A stretch of 62,594 bases of DNA from assembly GCA_947589685.1 (NCBI GenBank), contig CANQCN010000003.1:1-62594 (forward strand), written 5' to 3'. Positions 57,066 through 62,594 of the stretch are shown here, one piece after another. Below the pieces are notes generated by a model that saw nothing but the letters and a program-made list of their open reading frames with translations, was not told where the DNA came from and ran no database searches. Numbering within the stretch: the stretch's first letter is position 1; every line of letters begins with the position of its first letter. The position numbers and the translations under genes are program-made. The stretch comes from an uncultured Clostridia bacterium (GTDB lineage Bacteria > Bacillota > Clostridia > Christensenellales > CAG-314).

Positions 57066-58356
57066 CCGCATTCGTCAACCGATCTTTCGTCTTGCCGCTT
57101 CCGCCTTCAAAGCGCACGTTTGGATCAACGTAAAGCTATGCGCGGTGTTTGTGTGTTTATCCTTGTTGGCGTGTCTTTTTACCGCCTTTACAATGTCCGT
57201 GGACAATCATTGCGACGATATTTTTGCGCAAAACACCTCTTCCAACTATATGTACGGTCCCTCCGATCAAACGGAGCTGCTCAATGCGTCGGGGCTTGTG
57301 AATTTTCGTCATTACTCGGTGCAGCGTTACAATCTCGGCAATCGGCTCAAAGAGGAGATAAACGCGGATATTCCCACCGTAACGACCAACTACATCACGC
57401 TTAAAATCGGCGCAATTTCCTACTATTTCGACCGCGACCAAACTCCGGAATTGCTTTGGCTCTACAAGGGCGATCCTTTTTCCGAAATAGATCTCGGCGA
57501 GATGCGCAGTCGTTTCGGCTCGGACAGCTTGTATTCGGGCAGATTTCCCCAAAACGGCACCAACGAGGTGCTTATTTCGGAAAGATTGATCGAGCAGTAC
57601 CATCTTGCGCCCGGCGACGTTCTCGACACGTCCGTTGCTATTCTGTTGGGGGACAGAGATCTTAATTTTACCCTCAAAGTGGTGGGGATAATTTACAAGG
57701 AATACTATCTTCTTTCCGGACATCGCGAGGCGTGGCAGATAACCCCGTCCGTCGTTGCGGCGGAGACAAACAGTATTCCCGCGGTAAACGTGGGCGTGGA
57801 TACCTTTCACGTCTACGCTTTCGACGAATGGACTACTCTGTCCGTTGACGAACTCAACCGAGTTTCCTCCGAGGGAGGGCTTACCTACTGCGGCATAGGC
57901 AGTTACCAACAACGCATTTTTTTGGAAAATATCCGCACTGTGGTCATCAACGTCTATTGCGTCGTGGGCGCGGTGCTGGCGGGCGGCTTGCTGCTGACCG
58001 TAATGCTGATGACGGACAAATTTGTGGCGATATTCTCCCGTTTGGGCGGCATTTTGCTCAGCGGCGGATTGGAACAAGGCAACCTTACAAAGCTTTTGCT
58101 GACGCAATTGCTGCTTGTGTTTTTGTTGTCGACGCCCTTCGCGATAGCGGGCTCGTTGGTGGGGTATGCCGTCATCGTGGATCTTGTCGAGTTGGGCACG
58201 GGCATGTCGATGAGCGTATCTACCGCTACGCTGGCGACATTGTCGGCACTGTCGGCGGCGGTGGTGTTTGCCGCGGTGTTGATATTTTTCGGCATAGCGT
58301 CGCTGCGGCTGCGCAAACGAAGCGTCAAACAACTGTTGACGGCGGAAGCGGGGTGA
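57058..58356 (+). CDS. Divergent FtsX/MacB-like ABC permease
   Basis: SGRFP...NEVLISE, LKVVGI, C-terminal TMs. Confidence 0.78.
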   Translation: MSSRIRQPIFRLAASAFKAHVWINVKLCAVFVCLSLLACLFTAFTMSVDNHCDDIFAQNTSSNYMYGPSDQTELLNASGLVNFRHYSVQRYNLGNRLKEEINADIPTVTTNYITLKIGAISYYFDRDQTPELLWLYKGDPFSEIDLGEMRSRFGSDSLYSGRFPQNGTNEVLISERLIEQYHLAPGDVLDTSVAILLGDRDLNFTLKVVGIIYKEYYLLSGHREAWQITPSVVAAETNSIPAVNVGVDTFHVYAFDEWTTLSVDELNRVSSEGGLTYCGIGSYQQRIFLENIRTVVINVYCVVGAVLAGGLLLTVMLMTDKFVAIFSRLGGILLSGGLEQGNLTKLLLTQLLLVFLLSTPFAIAGSLVGYAVIVDLVELGTGMSMSVSTATLATLSALSAAVVFAAVLIFFGIASLRLRKRSVKQLLTAEAG

Positions 58357-58369
58357 TAGGGAGAAGTTT

Positions 58370-58885
58370 ATGAAAATACAGATAATCGGTTATTCGGGCA
58401 GCGGCAAATCCACGCTTGCGGCGCGCTTGGGCGAAATAGCGGATATCCCCGTTTTGCACCTTGACAGCACGCACTTTTACGGCGATTGGCAGGAAAGGAC
58501 CGAGGAGGAGCAAACGCAAATCGTGCGCGATTTCATTAACAGCCGCGACAGTTGGATAATGGACGGCAATTGGGGCAAGATCGCGCCCGAACGGTTCGAA
58601 ATGACGGACATTACCGTGCTGCTTATGCTTAACAGATGGTCATGCTTCTTTTCCGCCTACAAAAGATCCCGCAAGTATCGCAACGAGGCGCGTCCCGATC
58701 TCGGCTGCCCCGAAAAGTTCGACAGGTCTTTTCGCCGTTGGGTATTTTGGGATGGCAGAAAACGGGCGCGCAAACAAAGCCTTTTCGACAAGCTCAACGC
58801 GACCCGCGGCGAAAAAGTGGTGCTGAAAACCCGCCGTCAGGTCAAACGGTTCGTGAAAGTGTTCGCGGAGCGTTTCGGTAAGTGA
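58370..58885 (+). CDS. FlaR-like P-loop kinase (topology modulation protein family)
   Basis: [29 protein letters not shown]. Confidence 0.85.
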   Translation: MKIQIIGYSGSGKSTLAARLGEIADIPVLHLDSTHFYGDWQERTEEEQTQIVRDFINSRDSWIMDGNWGKIAPERFEMTDITVLLMLNRWSCFFSAYKRSRKYRNEARPDLGCPEKFDRSFRRWVFWDGRKRARKQSLFDKLNATRGEKVVLKTRRQVKRFVKVFAERFGK

Positions 58886-58952
58886 TTTTACGTTTACATA
58901 GCGGCGTTTTTGTGATAAAATGATATACGCTATTTTTGACAAAAGGTAAAAT

Positions 58953-59651
58953 ATGAGCAAAAAAGAAAAAAACAAGAAAAAATACGTTTCCGCCTTTTTT
59001 TCGCTGCTGATGTTTGTCGCGGGTATCGCGCTGGACATCGTTTACGCGGCGGTGCCCTTTTTGCAAACGACAGAGGGCGCAATGTGGGGAAACGTGTGTT
59101 TGTATTCGGGTATAGGGCTTATATGCGCGGGTATCCTTGCGATGATCATTTGCATCACGGTCTCAGGAAGGTCGGATCGTCGCAGGCGTTTCGACGCCGA
59201 ACCTATCCCCGAACAGATCTCCCCCTCCAACGCCACGTATATCCCCGCGCAAGACAGACCCTCTCTCGTGACCGTGGGCGCATATCAGTCATTGGAGGAC
59301 AAATTTGCCGAGATCGCCAAAATGGACAGAACGCAGTTCGTCATATACGTTGCGCGTCTGTTCAGTCACAAGGGCTATCAAGTCAAGCTTACGCCCGTGA
59401 TCGACAATCACGACGTGGATCTCATTGTGGAAAAGCTCGGCGCCGTTACGGCGGTGGGCTGTATGATCGCCGACCGTATTCTCACCAAAGAGGACGTTGC
59501 GCGCGTGTACGAGGGCAAAAATTATTACTCTGTCAACGGCTGCATGGCGCTCACCAATATGTATTTCGACCGCAGCGCCGTGGACTTTGCCAAGGCGCAA
59601 CGCATTTCTCTCGTTGACAGAAACATACTCGCAAACGAATTTATGGATTGA
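58953..59651 (+). CDS. Two-TM protein with Mrr-like restriction endonuclease fold, degenerate active site
   Basis: F...VARLFSHKGY.V..TP...VDLI...TNMYF...A...A...ISLVDR pattern. Confidence 0.75.
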   Translation: MSKKEKNKKKYVSAFFSLLMFVAGIALDIVYAAVPFLQTTEGAMWGNVCLYSGIGLICAGILAMIICITVSGRSDRRRRFDAEPIPEQISPSNATYIPAQDRPSLVTVGAYQSLEDKFAEIAKMDRTQFVIYVARLFSHKGYQVKLTPVIDNHDVDLIVEKLGAVTAVGCMIADRILTKEDVARVYEGKNYYSVNGCMALTNMYFDRSAVDFAKAQRISLVDRNILANEFMD

Positions 59652-59666
59652 TTTTTATTTTTTTCG

Positions 59667-59700
59667 ACCCCATGTCGCATTTTTGCGGCATGGGGTTTTT
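59667..59700. terminator. Terminator between convergent genes
   Basis: ACCCCATGTCGCA/TGCGGCATGGGGT plus T tract. Confidence 0.75.
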
Positions 59701-59786
59701 AGACTCTGCGTCAAATGTCGGGGTGTGTCGTAAAAAACGACGTCAAACTCTTTTGTATGCTCCCGACATTCGGTATTTAAGCGTTT

Positions 59787-61625
59787 TTATCGCGGCAAAA
59801 ACAGACTTCCCAACCGATAAACGAGCAGCGACAGCGCATATGCTACGGCTATTTGAAACGCGGCGGACAACACGCCCTTTTTTCTGCTGCCTTGCTCGGC
59901 GAAGCTTGCTGAACAAGCGGCGACGCACGGCACGGTAAGCAAATTGTAAAGCACAAAGCTGTACGCTCCGAGGGGCGAAACCGCGTCGGCGATCCCGCTC
60001 GGCAGCAAAATTTGCAGCGTCGTCACTACCGTCTCTTTTGCCGCAATTCCCGAAAGTGTCGCCACAGCCAGCTGCCAGCCGCAGCCTCTGTCGTTGAAGC
60101 CGAGCGGGGCAAACAGCGGAGAGATCAACTTTCCCAATCGCGCCAGCATGCTGTTTTCGACGTTTGCGGGGGCAAAACGCACGTCGAAATTCGTAAGCGT
60201 CCACAGCACGACGGACGCGGCGAGAATGATCGTCCCCGCTTTGACCAAAAAAGCTTTGCACCTTTGCCACATTTGGCGCAGCACGTTTCGGGCGCGCGGC
60301 ATACGGTAGGGCGGCAGCTCCATCAAAAACACGTCCCCGCCCTTTTCGCGCACGAACAGCTTCAACAGCAGTCCGCCCACGATTATCGCGGCGATGCTTG
60401 CAAAGTAAAAGCTGACGGCAAACAGCGCGTTTCCGTCAAACGCATACGTTGTAAAAAACGCTATCACAGCCAATTTAGCCGAGCATGGCACAAAGGGCGT
60501 CAGCGTTATCGTAACGTCGCGTTCGCGCGCGTTTTTTATCGTGCGCGTCGACAGTATCGCGGGCACGCTGCAACCGCAGCCCAATATCATGCACACAAAG
60601 CTGCGCCCGCCGAGTCCCAAGCTGTGCAGCATCTTGTCTGTGATGAAAGCGATCCGCGACATATAGCCGCAGCCTTCGAGCAGCGCGATACAGCCGAACA
60701 AAATAGTTATCTGCGGCACAAAGCTCACAACGCTCATCACGCCGCCTATCATTCCGTCGCACACAAGAGAGGTAAGCCAAGGTATTTTCGTGTGCGACAG
60801 CGCGCTCTCTGCGGCAAGTTGAAGCAGCGGAGTAAGCTTGTTTTCTATCAGATCCGTCAGCCCTCCGCCCACGCCGCCCACCGACAGAAAAAACACCGCC
60901 GTCATCACCAACGCGAATATGGGAAACGCCAACCATTTGTTGAGTACGATCTTGTCTATCTTGTCCGTAAGCGTCGACGCGTCGGTTTTCGGTGAGCGGA
61001 CGGCGAGCTTTACGGCTTTTTCTATCAAGGCGTACTTGTCGGCGGCGCTTTCGCTTTGTGCCGCAAGTGGCTCCTGTTTGCTTTTTGCCACTTTCAGGCA
61101 AGCTTTCGTCAGCTTGTCCATACCGTCGTTTTTTGCCGCGGATACGGGTACAAAGGCGCACCGAAAAATTTTTTCCAACGCCGCGCCGTCCACGGCGATC
61201 CCCTTGGCTTTCGCTTCGTCCTGCATATTGAGAGCAACTACCAACGGAATGTTCAGCTCTTTCAACTGCGCGGTAAGCAAAAGATTGCGTTCCAAATTGG
61301 TGGAATCCACAACATTGAGTATTACGTCCGGTTTGCCTTCGCGCAGATATTGCGCGGATATTTTCTCTTCGGGAGTAAACGGTTGAAGCGAGTAACATCC
61401 CGGCGTATCCACGATGTGAAGCTGCGGGGCTTTTCGGCATATTCCCGTTTTGCGTTCCACGGTTACGCCGGGCCAATTGCCCACTTGCTGATCGCTGCCC
61501 GTAAGCGCGTTGAACAGCGTCGTTTTGCCGCTGTTGGGATTGCCCGCAAGAGCGACCACTGTGGGCGGCGCGGCAACGTTGTTTTCGACGGTTTTTATAT
61601 TATTATATATATTTAATTTTTTCAT
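59787..61625 (-). CDS. feoB: Ferrous iron transporter B
   Basis: GNPNSGKT, NWPGVTVE, DTPG, NMQD, GCSVPA, FLMELPPY. Confidence 0.95.
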   Translation of the reverse strand: MKKLNIYNNIKTVENNVAAPPTVVALAGNPNSGKTTLFNALTGSDQQVGNWPGVTVERKTGICRKAPQLHIVDTPGCYSLQPFTPEEKISAQYLREGKPDVILNVVDSTNLERNLLLTAQLKELNIPLVVALNMQDEAKAKGIAVDGAALEKIFRCAFVPVSAAKNDGMDKLTKACLKVAKSKQEPLAAQSESAADKYALIEKAVKLAVRSPKTDASTLTDKIDKIVLNKWLAFPIFALVMTAVFFLSVGGVGGGLTDLIENKLTPLLQLAAESALSHTKIPWLTSLVCDGMIGGVMSVVSFVPQITILFGCIALLEGCGYMSRIAFITDKMLHSLGLGGRSFVCMILGCGCSVPAILSTRTIKNARERDVTITLTPFVPCSAKLAVIAFFTTYAFDGNALFAVSFYFASIAAIIVGGLLLKLFVREKGGDVFLMELPPYRMPRARNVLRQMWQRCKAFLVKAGTIILAASVVLWTLTNFDVRFAPANVENSMLARLGKLISPLFAPLGFNDRGCGWQLAVATLSGIAAKETVVTTLQILLPSGIADAVSPLGAYSFVLYNLLTVPCVAACSASFAEQGSRKKGVLSAAFQIAVAYALSLLVYRLGSLFLPR

Positions 61626-61772
61626 AACATTATTAAATAGCGGCTGTGCGGAAAACCGCGATTTTGTCGTGCGCACAAAGTCGTGCGTCGTTTGCGTGTT
61701 GCCCGCACGGCGCAAAATCCGAAACGGGCTGCGCCGCAAGCTTTTCCGTCGCGGCGGTTCGGGGCGAAAAAT

Positions 61773-62045
61773 TCATTTCGGAGGGTCGCCGAATTTTCGT
61801 ACGCGTATCTGCCTTGCCGTTTCTTTGCGCAGGCACAGTCGATAGCCCCTCAATTGGATCTCCATCGGGTCTCCCAAGGGCGCCGTTCGCAGCACTTTTG
61901 CGGCGACTCCCGCGGTCAGCCCCAGCTCGGCAAGCCTTATTTGCGCAACGCCGCTTATCGCGACGACCACGCCCGTCTCGCCCGCTTTCAGCTCGTCGAG
62001 ATTTTTTTCGAAATTGCTTTTTTCGTGTGACGAATCGTTTGACAT
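61773..62045 (-). CDS. feoA: Ferrous iron transport protein A
   Basis: RLAELGLT.G, APLGDPMEIQLRGY. Confidence 0.92.
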   Translation of the reverse strand: MSNDSSHEKSNFEKNLDELKAGETGVVVAISGVAQIRLAELGLTAGVAAKVLRTAPLGDPMEIQLRGYRLCLRKETARQIRVRKFGDPPK

Positions 62046-62265
62046 TTTTCAACGCTCGGTAGTATAATATGAGTACTTTCCGCTCGTTAGAGCGTTTTTT
62101 GTTAACAAAGCTTGTCGGGCGATATGCCCGTCGGCACGAAAAACGTCGTTCGGAAAGAAAAACGCCTCGGTCGGACGAGATGTCGGCGCTGTTTCGCGCA
62201 AAATTTGCGGGGAAAATTTTTCCGCAAAAAGCGCAAAAAACTTGTAAAAAGTTGGTTAAAAACAG

Positions 62266-62358
62266 TTGACACCTTTTGAGGGCTGTGGTATGATTAGTAG
62301 GCTGTTGATTAGGACAGCGCCGCTGTTTTGCGGCAGAAAGGAACATTGACAACTGCAT
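62266..62358 (+). promoter_or_regulatory. rRNA promoter and boxA/processing-stem element
   Basis: A-tract UP region, TTGACA-17-TGnTATGAT (62266-62294), GAACATTGACAACTG at about 62341. Confidence 0.75.
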
Positions 62359-62492
62359 AAAACAATATAAGTTTAGAGTAATCAAATATTAATCGAGTGT
62401 TAATATGCAATAAATCAAAACGATTTTTGCTGCAATGACGCAGAGTTAATAAGAGTTAATTATTCAAGGATCTAACATTGACGTAATTATAC

Positions 62493-62594
62493 GATCAAGC
62501 TACGAAGAGCGTATGGAGGATGCCTTGGCACTAAGCGCCGAAGAAGGACGTGACAAGCTGCGATAAGCTGCGGGGAACTGCAAATAAGTGTCGA
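62493..62594 (+). rRNA. rrl: 23S rRNA, 5' end (runs off window)
   Basis: GATCAAGCTAC...GGATGCCTTGGCACT...GAAGAAGGACGTG...GCTGCGATAAGC matches the conserved 23S 5' region. Confidence 0.95.

Overview
Bacterial chromosomal window from an endospore-forming Bacillota (spoIIE, spmAB, sigma-A-type promoters). A gut Clostridia lineage is inferred. Most of it is housekeeping: tldD pair, ung, rpsF-ssb-rpsR with leader RNA, rsmA-tilS, metG-tatD-radical SAM-queH, pdxK, feoAB, three tRNAs and the 5' end of a 23S rRNA. There are two large operons: a lipoprotein-based starch/maltodextrin locus (35245-48886, plus a cytoplasmic GH13 at 49787) and an uncharacterised operon with a YwaF-ABC ATPase fusion, a permease and a giant InlB-B-repeat lipoprotein (16980-25707). 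The top candidate for something new is an AT-rich islet behind tRNA-Val. It holds one DUF4145/HEPN-like gene directly upstream of a type II-A-style CRISPR leader and mini-array (4 repeats, 3 spacers), with no cas genes in the window. Also notable: a 23S gene directly behind its own promoter with no 16S, an 871-aa MalK/MsmX with a long coiled-coil insert, a stand-alone GlmU acetyltransferase half, and a tRNA-Ser-like att remnant at the left edge. All family calls come from motifs read by eye; no database searches were run.
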